A DNA stretch of 64,000 bases from Eledone cirrhosa (Eukaryota): the NCBI GenBank assembly GCA_964016885.1, contig OZ024740.1, forward strand, positions 346,456,001 to 346,520,000, written 5' to 3'. The number at the start of each line of letters is the position of its first letter. The stretch's first letter is position 1. Positions 1-13,233 of the stretch are shown here, piece by piece. The position numbers and the translations under genes were made by a program. The notes under the pieces are model-generated. The model was not told the origin of the DNA and ran no database searches. It saw only the letters and a program-made list of their open reading frames with translations.

Positions 1-254
1 TCTAGACGTGTATACACATCGCTACGTCTGCTTTGTTTGTTTTAATTTGTTTGGAGTGTGATTTTAATAAAGTATATTGTAACAAACTGTTAATAAGCCA
101 CGATACATTGCCCTCTGAAAAGATGAGCCTGTAGTATTTGGGCTTTTGGCACAAATATTTGAACTTTATGGGTTTTTTTCCGCCCACAGGCGTTAAAAAA
201 GTGGCAGAGATACGCCCATCAATTTTGGGCCAGCTGTTACGTGACAATAACATC

Positions 255-860
255 ATCCCCAGCACCACAACCAATATAACAACTGTTACAACTACCTCCA
301 CTATAGACAGCAAGACCACTGTCGACAACAACAACGACAGTGGCAACAACAGTAACAACAACATGCACAACAGTAGCAACAACTACTAGAGCAACAATGA
401 CGGTAAAAACGACAGCAAGACAACAAGAATAATGACTAGAGCAACAACAGAAGCAGCAACAGCAACAATAGCAGCAACAACAATAACCGCAGCAGCAGAA
501 ACAACGGCACAATCAACAACATCCTCAACGACAACAACCACAACAACAACAACACAATCGCCGACGACAACAGGAACAGTAACACAAGCACCAACAGCAA
601 CAACAATAACAGCATTAGAAACAACTGTAAATTCAACATCAGAAACAACAAACACAACAAAATCCTATTCACCACTATGGCTGCGAAAACCACGGAATTA
701 TTCCATATGGATTTGAGTAGGAGGGAAGAATGTTTGGTTCAGACAACCACATTTTTAAACGTGGACAATGTACAACAACAGCAATTTCCACACCGACAAC
801 ATCAGCAGTAGCTACGACAAGACTAAGCCAACACATCAGCAACGGCAGGCACTGAAAAAC
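255..860 (+). repeat. ACA/CAA-rich low-complexity tract (Thr-rich in several frames, broken by frameshifts)
   Basis: Degenerate (ACA)n. The Thr-rich reading switches frame near 320 and 430. It lies upstream of a Tx1-type endonuclease fragment, so it may be a decayed ORF1. Confidence 0.6.
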
Positions 861-1464
861 CAACACAAATATCAAAACCTGCAAGAAATTTAAAGCCACC
901 CAGTGGGTCTCACTATTTTAATCTCATTCTCCTTTTATTTAAAACACGCACACACGCAGTCCCTCACACACTGACGACCTCCATTTTAATGAAAGGATTC
1001 GTCTACAGAAACCTCTTCTTCTCGCAACGAGGAAAAGGTAAATTCCAAAAGGCCAGTAACACCCCACCCCCGCAAAAAAAAACAGGAAAAGAAACACAAA
1101 ACTATGCAGCAGCATTTCAACACACTAACCAAGGTAAACTCTAAAAAAAACGGAAAAAATCCAACATGTAAAAAAAAGACACTTTCACAACAACAGCAAC
1201 ACCACCAATAAGACACATTAACACCACTACCACCAGCAGCACGACAAAATAAACGAAAACACGGTTAAATACAGCAACCAGCAACTAGTTAGAAGGGCTA
1301 AAAAATAACTGCTGGCCCTCATAGCATGATGCAAAGAGAGAGAGAGTGAGAGGGGGGGGGGGGGGGGATTTGACACTGGAAACCTTAAATTGCTACAGAA
1401 CATCTCGAATTTGCGAATGTCACCAGGGTCGTATAGAAACATTGGGAAGAGCTATCCGCACGGC

Positions 1465-1958
1465 ATGGTGACCCTAAATGTAAGATCCACCATCAAGCTT
1501 TTAAAGGGGCTCCCAAGGGAAACACCACCAACTATAGAGGTTGACCACGTGATCGCCAACAGTTATTTTTCACATGGGGTTATTCGTATCGCTTAGTCGG
1601 CCTGGCATCTTAGGTGCGGTGGCAGTGCTGCTTAGGATTTTTCTAGACCAGGATGGTAAGTTTTTGGTCCTCGACGGGGGTAACAGAAATGGTGTTGTCT
1701 TTATACTGGTGGCCGTCTGCGCTCCGATTGGGCTGAAGAGCTCGATTTCTTTAGGTGTATAGAAGCTTTGTTTACGAACGTATCACCGTTTCCTGTTAGT
1801 GGGGAACTGAAACAGCATCTTGAACGCACATTGTGATTGCGTGGGAGTGGCCGATAGAAACAGGGAGAGGGTGCAAAATCCTCAAGAACTCGATCAGTCA
1901 TTTCCAACTATCTGAGTTGTACCGACTAGATTTCAAGAATGCGCCAATGTGGACATTT
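1465..1958 (+). mobile_element. Degenerate L1/Tx1-clade APE endonuclease fragment
   Basis: Across frameshifts it reads TLNVRS..GAVAVLL..DQDGKFLVLD..LVAVCAP..FF..LLVGN.NSIL..FQLSELYRLDFKNAPMWTF. This matches the APE pattern NVRG/GVAIL/D..GR/YAP/GDFN/D.WR..P..TW. Confidence 0.7.
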
Positions 1959-2035
1959 ATTATCTGCATGGTCGACCTAGAAGAAGAAGAAGAAGAAGAA
2001 GAAGAAGAAATGGATAATTTCTGTCACAATTATAA

Positions 2036-2220
2036 ATAATTGTTTCTACTTTTGGCACAAGGCCAGCAATTATCCCAGTGTATTACTGGTACTTTATTTT
2101 ATCGACCTCGTAAGGATGAAAGGCAAAGTTAACCTCGGCGGATTTGAACTCAGAACGCAAAGGGAGATAACTATGCTACAACTCATTGTCTGACGCTCTA
2201 CCGATACTACCAAACCACCC
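2036..2220 (-). mobile_element. tRNA-derived SINE, family A, full length
   Basis: Minus strand shows A-box-like TGGTAGTATCGG, B-box GAGTTCAAATCC, central GCCTTTCATCCTTACGAGGTCGATAAAATAAAGTACC and tail GAAACAATTATT. TSD ttataaataat at 2030-2040 and 2225-2235. Confidence 0.9.
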
Positions 2221-3837
2221 ACATTTATAAATAATGAGTCCTAAAACACATTATCTGTTAAAAGGACCGATTCTGTCTAAATTATTTCGGGGAACAGAGA
2301 CTTGACTTCAGTTCTATGGAATGTGATATACATCTTCCCCTGGATAAACATGGGTCCATTGCAGGTTACATTCCCAGACAGATGATCTCGAGATTATTCT
2401 TGGTACATCGAACATTAATTCAAGCATCGAGGAGACAATCGCCTGTTCATAGACATCAAAACACGAAATATATTTCTTTAAATCACAGAGATGCATTTAT
2501 ATCCAAACCCGCCCTTGGATAAAGGAATAACCTGAAAATCATACAACGAATGTCTCTCAATAACTAAAATATACTGAAATAAGTATTAGCCGCTTAGGTT
2601 CATCACGATATATTTGACATTACAAAGCGGCAATGAAAAAAACCAAAAACAACAGCAACAAAAAGAATATCATAAACTGATTATAATTTGATATTTTGAA
2701 AAACAAACAAAAAAGCATTCTTTACATATTATGCATGAATCATATTTTTGTCTATTTCAATGGTTTGGTTAAAGATAAAACAAAACAAAATAATTCCGAT
2801 GTCGATTAAAGATATTTCCAGTGATAAACTAACTTCCCGAGTCAAATGCTATCATCATTGTTTCATCTGGGCAGGTGTATGGCGAGGAAGGCTAGATCTT
2901 GTTACATCGTTGTAAACATAATATTCCGGAAGATGCATATAATTATAAATTATATGTATATATATATGCACGCATAGATACAAAATGTATATATTTATAT
3001 ATGCATATATGTATATATATATATATAAATATGAATATGTGTCTGTTTTGCATGTGTGAGCATGTGCGTGTGAGAGTTTACATATGTGAAATGCCACCCT
3101 ACAAATTTCCCCGTAATATCAAATGAATATTATCAGTTGTTTTATTTGTCTTCTTCCTAATTTGTTTCTATTAATGAATGGATGCGTTTGAAGAAAGCAA
3201 TGATTTTCACGAAAATATTATATTTTTTTGCATTTGATTTTGATAATGGAAAAGAAAATATATACATAAAAATATATTTCAAGAATAAAAACATAGGAAT
3301 ATAATATAAATACAGTATATTAGGCTAAACTAAAATAATATGAATTTTGAACATATTGTCCAGATAAAATAGTATCATTTTTTCAAGCTCATCTACGCTG
3401 CAATTTCGATAACATTTTCGAAATGAGAATTATATTCTGAACAAAAATGGGTATCTGTCCTTTGAAAGAAAGAAAATCATAATGAAAATTTAAAAAATAT
3501 ATATAGATACAATATAACAAAATAATGTGTTAAAAATGTAGCAAAATCAGGGGAAAGAAATATACACGAAGATAACTGCTCGAGATGAATTATTTGACCA
3601 TTAACTTTCAACAAATCCAATTTAAGCGATCACATGAGCTTTTGAAGTTGCGTTGTCCGAAAAGCACTGTAGAGAGGGAGAGAGAAGTATGGACAGAAAG
3701 AGAGTTTAAAAATTGAGAGAAGGAATTGGGAGGGAAATAACTGAAAATAACGAAGATATATAAAACAAGAACAAAAGTCTCACAATCTCTCCGAAAAACA
3801 ACAAACTCTGCAAAACACCCTAAAAACACGAAAACAT

Positions 3838-4470
<633 letters not shown>

Positions 4471-4854
4471 AAATGATATAAAACTCGATAGATTTTCAAT
4501 ATAATGGCGGTTACATGTTTCTTTTTGATGTTAGAACTTTAACCTCTGTAATTGTATCTTTTAAATAACCAGAAATGGGGAAACATGGTGGTTTGAAGCA
4601 AAGGGATCGATTCATATCACCATAAGCATCAGCCTCATCATCCTCGACTTCACCATCATCAACAAAATCATCACCACCATCATCATCTTCTTCAATATCA
4701 TCGTTATCTTTAGCATTATTATTATTATTTTTATTTCTATTATTATTATTATTATTATTATTATCATTATAATTATTATTGTTGTTGTTGTTGTTGTCGT
4801 TGTTATGGTCTTTGTTGATGGTTATTTTATTGTTGTAAACTATTTGCATTATTA

Positions 4855-4946
4855 TTTGCCTTTCATCCTTACGGGGTCGATAAAATAAAGTACCAGTAAT
4901 GTACTGGGTTATTGCTGGCCTTGTGCCAAAAGTAGAAACAATTATT
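4855..4946 (+). mobile_element. SINE family A, 5'-truncated
   Basis: gcctttcatccttacggggtcgataaaataaagtacc...gaaacaattatt. Confidence 0.85.
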
Positions 4947-5484
4947 AGTAGCTGGAGAAGTAGTAAAAATAGCTGTAATTTTAAATAGTATTGCTTTCAT
5001 ATAGATATGTTTTGTGGTTGATGAATTCAATGCTTTTATAATTCCTGTTTGCTGTTCGTGTCGTTGATATTGGCCTATTCATGTATTTTTCTTGTGATAT
5101 TATTTTGTTTAATTTTAAACCAAAATATTAGTCTGCTTCATACATGTACGAAGAAATTCCATCAATATTTTACCCTTTTTGATTTGATTTATCCTCTTCC
5201 CTTTTTCCATTGTCAGTTCCTTTCTTTCACTTTTTGTCTTTTATCTAATTATATATTTTAAATATTTACGTTTTATTTAATACATTTTCAAACGTAAAAT
5301 TTTAACTCATTAAAATTTATCTTATACAAGGCACATACATGGTATACACATAGATATACCTTCTTGATTTAATACATATAATGCATACTAAATCATCGAC
5401 AGAATCATAGAGCAATTATATCACTCACGCACATATACAGACATACAAATCCCCGCCCCTCGACAATGCATTTAACTACAGATA

Positions 5485-5700
<216 letters not shown>

Positions 5701-6122
5701 GTTTCAGGCACATCCTAACTCTAATTACATCACGCACCTGTTAGCTAATGCATTGTTTATATGTGATACCATCACAACCTTTGTCAGATAACGAAAAAAC
5801 TATTAAAATAAAACCAAAACAATAATGATCATATTAATGATGATAAATATAATAATACTAGTAAGAATAGTTAGATTAGAATTATAATGAATGATTCATC
5901 GAAATTCTCTGGGGAAAGGCAATTGAGAAACCTGGACATGATAAACCAAGCAAATCTGTTAACATGAAAGCAACACAAATTAATCGACTCTAAGGACTTG
6001 TTTCTATTATAATATAACTGCTTTATACTTTTTTTACTTTCTAAGCAAGGCTTACATCTTTAGGGAATGGCTAATACTTGATATTACCTTGTTTATTAAT
6101 ATATATATAAATAAATAAATAA

Positions 6123-6154
<32 letters not shown>

Positions 6155-6222
6155 TGAGAGAGAAAAAAAAATCGAAAATGCAACTGGAGTCTTATTTAAA
6201 AAAAATATATATATATTTATTT

Positions 6223-6268
6223 GGTTCCTTTACCGGTTTCGCAGTTCTTCTGCTTTTCAAAAGTAGAA
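6223..6268 (-). ncRNA. Minimal type I hammerhead ribozyme motif, U3-A8 core variant
   Basis: Minus strand: ttctactt TTGAAAA GCAG-aagaa-CTGC GAAA CCGG TA aaggaa. Palindromic stem III ACCGGT; GUA cleavage triplet. Confidence 0.65.
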
Positions 6269-6715
6269 TTGAGATGTAGGTTCTGTGGTTTTTCTGACAT
6301 CTGGTTGGTCTCTGAATGTTACTCGTTTTATATGTATTTCTCTAAAAAGGCTACAGAATAGATTTCCAAATAAGGGCGCGAAAATTTAATGAAAACTTAT
6401 TCGCGTGATAGCCATAATTTCATTTATAACCAATCAAATTACGTTTATTAAAAAAAAAGTCTTCGTGAGCCTCTTTTTTTAAGTAAAAAGAAATTCAAAC
6501 ACTCATATATAAAAAAAACAACCTGTGCCCCCCCCCCCCCCTGTTTGAAGAATTTTATAACGCGAACTGGCGCGAAATTTATTATAATTATTGACCAACC
6601 AATCAAATTACTTCTCTAAAAACCTGGCATTTCGAGCCAATTTTTTTCATATAAAACAAGTAACATTCAGAGATAAACCAGATGTGAGAAAAACCACAGA
6701 ACCTCCATCTTAACT

Positions 6716-6757
6716 CTACTTTTGAAAAGCAGAAGAAGTGCGAAACCGGTAAAGGAA
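6716..6757 (+). ncRNA. Minimal type I hammerhead ribozyme motif, U3-A8 core variant (second arm)
   Basis: ctactt TTGAAAA GCA-gaagaag-TGC GAAA CCGG TA aagga. Confidence 0.6.
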
Positions 6758-7740
6758 CCAAATAGATATATATATATTTTTAAAAATAAGATTCCAGTTG
6801 CATTTTTGATTTCATCTTTTTTTTTTTATACTTTCACTCGTGTAGGACACCTCGGTTATTTTTCATTTTGTAAAAAAAAACTCACTTTCTAATATATATA
6901 TATATATATATATACGGACATATATACAGGGCACGACAGTTATTTGAGAATAAAAAACTTAGCGAGCCATATAGTTTTTAATCTTTATAGAATTTCTGTT
7001 TTCTTCAGCCCCAAATGGAAGTTTCGAATCTCACACAGAAAATGAAAAGGCATGGCTTCCTCGTCAATTTAATCACCCGCCACGAAGATTCAGTAACTAA
7101 AACCTTCTTGAATATCGCCATGTCATTCTATTATGTGAACGTCATTTTATTCTCCACTCCTAATCGTCAGACGTCGTGAGAGAAATCGATTTCCCAGAAA
7201 TCTCAGTGCATCATCAATGAGAAACTATAACCTATAAACCCCATTCCGTAAGTCCAGAATGAGTCGTGTGGAACCGGAACACTACAGATACTAGTAATAT
7301 GTTATGAGATGAGATAAATTCATGACCTATAAGAAACAGGATAACTATGCGATCCGGTCAAAGCCCGTACAACCCTAGGATACTAACATTCTATGTTGTA
7401 TTTTTTTATCATATCTACTTTGCCAGAAATAAAAACGCGAACAGAAGAGATTAGAGTTGGCATAATTTCCGCTACACTGATTTTGCCACTGTTTTGCGGA
7501 GCAAATTATTGTCTTCTGTGATGGACTTAGACATCGTGAGGAAGGGCTTGGAGCCAATCCCTTGGAATCCCCCCCCCCCCCCAAGGTATTCGGGTCCAAG
7601 ACTACATAAAGACGCAAGACACGTCTTTGGGTGACATTCACTTCAAAATATTTTTGTAAAATCTTGTTCAGTTAAAAATAATTCCTAAATAATTAAAATA
7701 TAGAGACATGTATACAGTGTGAAATGAAACTGGAGGACCC

Positions 7741-7763
7741 ATATATATATATGCGTGTGTATT

Positions 7764-7795
<32 letters not shown>

Positions 7796-7805
7796 CGTGT
7801 GTGTT

Positions 7806-7884
<79 letters not shown>

Positions 7885-8030
7885 GTGTATGGGTGTATGT
7901 GTACGTGTGTGTATATATATATGTGTGTGTGTATGTGATCTATATACACTAGTCATAGACACACACATACATATACTACACACATACATATATATATCTA
8001 TACACAGACACTCACATATATATATAAACA
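7741..8030. repeat. (TA)n/(TG)n/(CA)n microsatellite
   Basis: Seen directly. Confidence 0.97.
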
Positions 8031-8869
8031 ACACCACCACCTCTCTCTCTATCTGCCATTCTCCTTCTCTGTCTCCTCTCCCTCTCTCTATGTCTCTCTT
8101 TCAATCTACTCACTCATTACCACTATCTCTTTCTCTCTATTCTTCTCTTTGTTTAAGAAGGTACCCAGAAAACCTCATATCAAGGGGACACGTGCTTCCA
8201 TTTATGTGAAACTTGTTTTATTCCATTTGCATTCCCATTTCAGGGTGAACTTACTTTCAAAGTATTTTCCCATTATGCGCCGTTTTGGCTGTATTACATT
8301 ACGGACAAGCAAACAAGCAAGCAATCACAGACGTTTAGTAATATATAGATATATATATAAAAGCATACGAAATATATTATACACAAATATATTCAATTAT
8401 TGATATTTTATCTATCATCTATTTCAATGGTATTCACAAATAGCTGACTTATTCTAGTCACTGACTTCATAATGTCATTCAACATATATTGCTTCTGTCT
8501 CACCCTACCAGATATATATCAACTTCTATCCGTCATCGTAGAAAATACATAACTCACTTCACTACACCACACATACAAACAAACAACAAGCCTACACATG
8601 GGATTCAGTCTTTCAGGCATATTGGCCGTCATCAATACCAACCAGCCAGAACGCCGTCCGCTCAACAGCTACCGCTCCTGTAACTTCTTCATCCGATACT
8701 TAGAGGTATAATCCCCACATCATTCCGTGAAGTGGCCGGCATTAAGCTTTTGGTAAACTAGATAATTATCTTTCGGGTATCAGAAGTAAATTCCTGAAAA
8801 GGATGATTGCAGGTTATCGTGCAGTGGTACTGTCAACTAACCTCTACATTCAGACACTTTATCGCACAT

Positions 8870-9250
8870 ACATTTATAGGCTTACTATTTCCAACAAACT
8901 GTGCCTTGGTTCTATCTGTGTTTATGCACTATCTGGCAGAATCTCCAATGCCGTTCTTTTAATGAGGTGCAACATTGGTGATATTGAATATTTCCGATTC
9001 AATCCCTACTTAGATCAGCTGGTCATGTTCTACGGATGAATTAGAACCGTAAATCCAAGTTAATGTTATACAGTGAAATTCGTAATGCTGCACATAATTA
9101 TAAAAACAAACTGAGGTACATTCATAAATCTGTTGACATACCTCTCATTTCAATCGAAGCCCTATATGATGACTGTGTAAAATGGAGAACCGTCTGCCAT
9201 GAAAGTATAGAGAAATATAAACAAATCCCGTCTGGTCCATGTTCGTGATC
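8870..9250 (+). mobile_element. RTE-clade LINE, degenerate C-terminal fragment
   Basis: RISNAVLLMRCNIGDIE..L(RS)AGHVLRM..PKLMLYSEI..WRTVCHESI matches the RTE pattern ISN..VL.R / LRW.GHV.RM / PK..LY.EL. Confidence 0.7.
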
Positions 9251-9305
9251 TACGATCAAACACCAGTGTCCGATCAATTATTCCACAAGAGCAAGAATGA
9301 CATGG

Positions 9306-9798
9306 TCATTCTACTCATATGGCTTAAGAGATTATTTGCATAATTGGAAACAAATCGAATATTGATATCAATATTCGAAAAACTCAGATTTATATATTTT
9401 TTTTTTTTTGTATTCAGCCATGTAGAGGGATAAAACTGTTTTACCATTATTTTACCATGGCAAAGCTGGCCACTAATCGCACGTATACATAAAACTGATT
9501 CGACTATCTGCTGATGTGCAAATCTGGCTAATTAGGTATGCTAATATGCAGATCTGACTGATCAGGTGTCTGCTAATATGCAAATTTGGCCGATTCGTCA
9601 CTGTATATTTCAGAAAATATCCTATATTTTCACTACCTCTGACAGTTGGCAGTAAACAGTACTGATGAAGGATAATAACCCAGAAACATTAGTGTCTGCT
9701 GTTCCGTTTATATGCCAACACAGCAGCATGAAGGGCGGGATCATTCTACTTGCATGGCTTAAGGGGCTGTTTCCATAATTGCATACGAATCAAATATT
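9306..9798 (+). mobile_element. ~435-bp hammerhead-containing unit with ~58-bp terminal direct repeat (retrozyme- or pLTR-like)
   Basis: 9306-9363 resembles 9741-9798 (tcattctact..atggcttaag..cataattg). Three internal ~30-bp repeats at 9507-9597. Hammerhead at 9655-9703. Confidence 0.6.
9655..9703 (+). ncRNA. Type I hammerhead ribozyme motif
   Basis: AACAGTA CTGATGA aggataataaccca GAAA CATTAGTG TC TGCTGTT. Stem I 7 bp, intact core, GUC triplet, weak stem II. Confidence 0.75.
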
Positions 9799-9817
9799 AT
9801 TATTAATTATATAATTA

Positions 9818-10152
9818 GGGCGGTGGATTGGCAGTATCGGTAGAGGGTCGAACACCATGCTTTTCAGCAAAGAGTTACGGCCCTTTATGTTCTGAGTTCA
9901 AATACCGCCGATGTTAACTTTGCCTTTCATCCTTATAGGGTTGATAAAATAAATTACTGGTATCGCAGTGTGGTCGATTATATGGCATTTCTCCTCCCCA
10001 CAAATTGTTGGCATTATTATTTTGGTTTTACTGGCTTTAGCATAAGTTGGGGGATTGCTGCATACGATACTCTACAGTACGCACTGGGGTCGATTGAATC
10101 GACTTTCCCCTCCCTCAAAATTGCTGGCCTTGTGCCTATATAAGAAACCATT
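9818..10152 (+). mobile_element. SINE family A, long composite variant
   Basis: Head ggcggtggattggcagtatcggtagag, B-box gagttcaaatacc, central domain, ~65-bp insert, then a second 3' part ending gaaaccattatt. Confidence 0.85.
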
Positions 10153-11239
10153 ATTAATTATATATATATATATGCAGTTCATTTGAGCCACCCATTAATG
10201 GGCGATAGTATTATTCTTCCTGAAAATATCTACCGTGCAGGGGCGATTTCGAGTGACATACAAACGTTATTTTGAAAGTGTAGAAGTAAGCAAGACTATT
10301 AATTTGATAGATTATATTTTATCTTGACCTCATGTTTATATTCTCTACATATGTTCCTTAGTAATGCCTGGTCCATATAGGATAATTGGTGATCATTTTT
10401 AGCTGAAAATTGGACTTAACTTGACATGAGAGGATATGTTGAGTACCTTATGTTACACTGTGACTTCGATGCTTCTCTTCCAATCTTCTCTAACCTATAT
10501 GAGGTTTATGTAGCTTACATTAGTAATTTAATAGAGAAGTGAAATTATTTCATTCACTAAATCAGTTCGAAGTACTTAACAACTAACATCAATATCCATC
10601 ATAAGATTTCATTAGCATTTACTTTAAATTACTTTAAATGGCAATATAAAAATACATTAACAATGTACATTGAAATTATTGTGAATATAATACTAATATA
10701 GTGATTAAATTATGATTATTTAAATGGGTTCACAAATCTATTGTCATTAAGTAGTAAATATACTTGAAAAAAAGACATTCAATTAAATGAGCCCCTAAAA
10801 TAATCTGATTTTATTGTTCCTAGTGATATGTAACGCAGCGTGGGTTGAGGTGTATGATGATGCACAAACTTATATTATAAGAACTTTTTAATGAATTTAA
10901 CATAAAATAACTACGTAAACAAATATATAGCATAGCTATTCTGAAAATACAAATTTTAGGTTTTAATATTTATATATTATATATTTATATATAATGAAGT
11001 TAGGATACATTTTTGATCATGTCCCACTGAATAAAATGTTGCCGATTCGTTTGAATGATACATCTGGTAACATCTATGTGATATCGTACATCTTCATGTC
11101 AGAAAAGTTCCTTCCAAAAGTAGTGTTGTTGAATGAAAGTCTAGAAGTCCCCTCTTTTCCTATATCATACAACAAAACTATTTTCCAATTACATTTCGTA
11201 ATTAGTATTTTCAAACGCAACGTTAGAATTCCTGTCTCC

Positions 11240-12785
11240 TGCACTTGACTTGTATTAGGGTTTCATATCAATCATCTTCTACCTCATTATGAACTATTTC
11301 ACAATACTGAGTGACTGTTATCCTGGACCGTCTTGAGAAAGCATTTGCTCTGATCTTATGATCACTGATTGATTTCCATTTTAACAACATGTTGAGCAAC
11401 ACAGAAACATGGAAATGCATCTGGTGGGAGGGCATACGAAAAATGTGAAAAGAATTTGATGATAATGGTGATGATGATAAAAACAATAACCAGCTCTATA
11501 TAAAAAAATGAGAAAGTGTTGGAGAACTTAGCACATATTGTGCGTATCTTCTCAGAAGTTATAAGAATGGAATGTTGTCATTCAAAGTGTGCGACAATAT
11601 TCATGAGAAAAGAAAAGTTCAAAAGGACGGAGTGAGTAAAAATGCCTAGCGGGGTAGTAATTAAATCTATTGAACAAAGAAAAGGTTACAAATACCTCGG
11701 GCATTAAGCAGAAGGTGATGAAATATATGACAAAGAGAGAGTATTTTAGGAGAGTGCGCAAAATACATGTGTCAAAATTGAATAAGAGAAACATGATCTC
11801 AGTAATAAATGCTAAAGCATTTGCAGCTGTGCGAATCGAGGAAGAAATTATAAAGTAAATGGAAGGATGTTGAATTGAAGAAATAGGATAGAAAAAACTA
11901 AAATTGCTTACAATATATGTGGTACACCATCTACAGGTATGCATAAGCAGATTATACTTTAAGCTGGCAAATAGAGGTACGGATCTGATAACTGTAGATG
12001 GTTGTGTTAAGATGTAGGTGGATTGCTTACTGAAATACTTGTCTGAACGAAATGAACGATTGTTGGTAACAGTAAGAAAGGGTGCGACCCCGAAATTTAG
12101 AGATAGGGACAAAACTATACATATGATACGAGAAGAACATAAGGAAGCTGTCCTCAACAAAGTACTAGACAACAATTTCAAAGCTGAAGCAGCAGAGAAT
12201 ATGGGAATACTAGAAAAAGGTTTGTGCACTGAAAAAGAAACTGATGGTACGATTCCTGTAGCTCAGGATGAAGCACATGCCACTAAATGGCGGGTTCACA
12301 AAAGACAGGAACAAGTAAATCGCCTTTGCAGAATATGCAATAAGTGGAACGACCTTGCGAAAAATCAATGTAGGTTATGTCATTGATGAGGGTACAAAGT
12401 TATTACATTGGAAATGTTGTGAGAACAGAGAATTTCAAAGAGGAATGTCCAGGTATGGGTTATAATTCATAAAGAATAATTGAATCAGAAATGTTTAAAA
12501 TACTTTGACATTTCCTAATAGAGATTGACCAATAATTAGAGCATACACACAAAAAAAAACATATAACAGTAGGTGACAGCGTTAACGATGTATGCTTATT
12601 GAGTGATGGTGTTAAACCATTTAATTCAAGGATAATAAAAAAAGAAGCAGAAAAGGAAGAAACGTACAATTCTTTGAAATACTAGATTCCGCTGAAATGG
12701 AATATGAAATGTGTCAAGATAGAATAAATAATTGTGGGAACATTGGGAACAGAGACAAGATATATGGAAGGGCACCTGAAAAATT
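11240..12785 (+). mobile_element. R4/Dong-clade (RLE-type) non-LTR retrotransposon, degenerate RT C-terminus to RLE
   Basis: YKYLG; KREYFRRVRKIHVSKLNKRNMISVIN; RLY; EKETDGTIPVAQDEA; LCRIC zinc finger; KKEAEKEETYNSL; IVGTLG. Many stops and frameshifts. Confidence 0.8.
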
Positions 12786-13152
12786 GGTGGTGGATTGGGA
12801 GTATCGGTAGAGGGTCGGACGCCATGCTTTGCAGCACAGAGTTACTTCCCTTTACAGACATATTTCAAATCCTGTCTAGGTTAACTTTACCTTTCATCTT
12901 TACGGGGTCGATGAAATAAAGTACCAGTAATGTACTGGGTAATTGCTGGCCTGGTGCCAAAAGTAGAAACAAGTATATTGAATTGGAATTATCGGTAAAG
13001 CCTCATACTCCATGCTTTGCAGCAAGGAGTTATGGCCATTTACATTCTGAGTTCAAATCATACCGTGGTTAACTTTGCCATTCATCCTTACGGGGTCAAT
13101 AAAATAAAGCACAAGTAATTGCTGGCCTTGTGCTAAAAGAATAAACAATTAT
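12786..13152 (+). mobile_element. Two tandem SINE family A copies (12786-12972, 12980-13152)
   Basis: Each has head, B-box-like motif, central domain and AAACAA tail. Confidence 0.85.
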
Positions 13153-13233
13153 ATATACATTTGAACTATAACAGAAATGATGTCTTCTTGGAACAACCAA
13201 GAAAGTATTTGATAGCTGAATTGTATATATACA

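Larger units (their letters stand above)
6165..6892. mobile_element. Non-coding element with ~165-bp inverted arms, each carrying a hammerhead motif (PLE pseudo-LTR-like)
   Basis: 6168-6334 is the reverse complement of 6648-6812. The same terminal sequence recurs at 23653-23797. Flanked by (GA)n and (TA)n. Confidence 0.75.

Noticed and set aside
6915-7741. TA-flanked 830-bp segment starting TACAGGG (Tc1/mariner-like)
   Set aside because: No matching inverted terminus or transposase motif found; probably a TE remnant but unclassifiable by eye.
8155-8350. Helentron/HINE-like end (acggacaagcaaacaagc..atatatagat)
   Set aside because: Only a loose resemblance; subterminal repeats were not identified.
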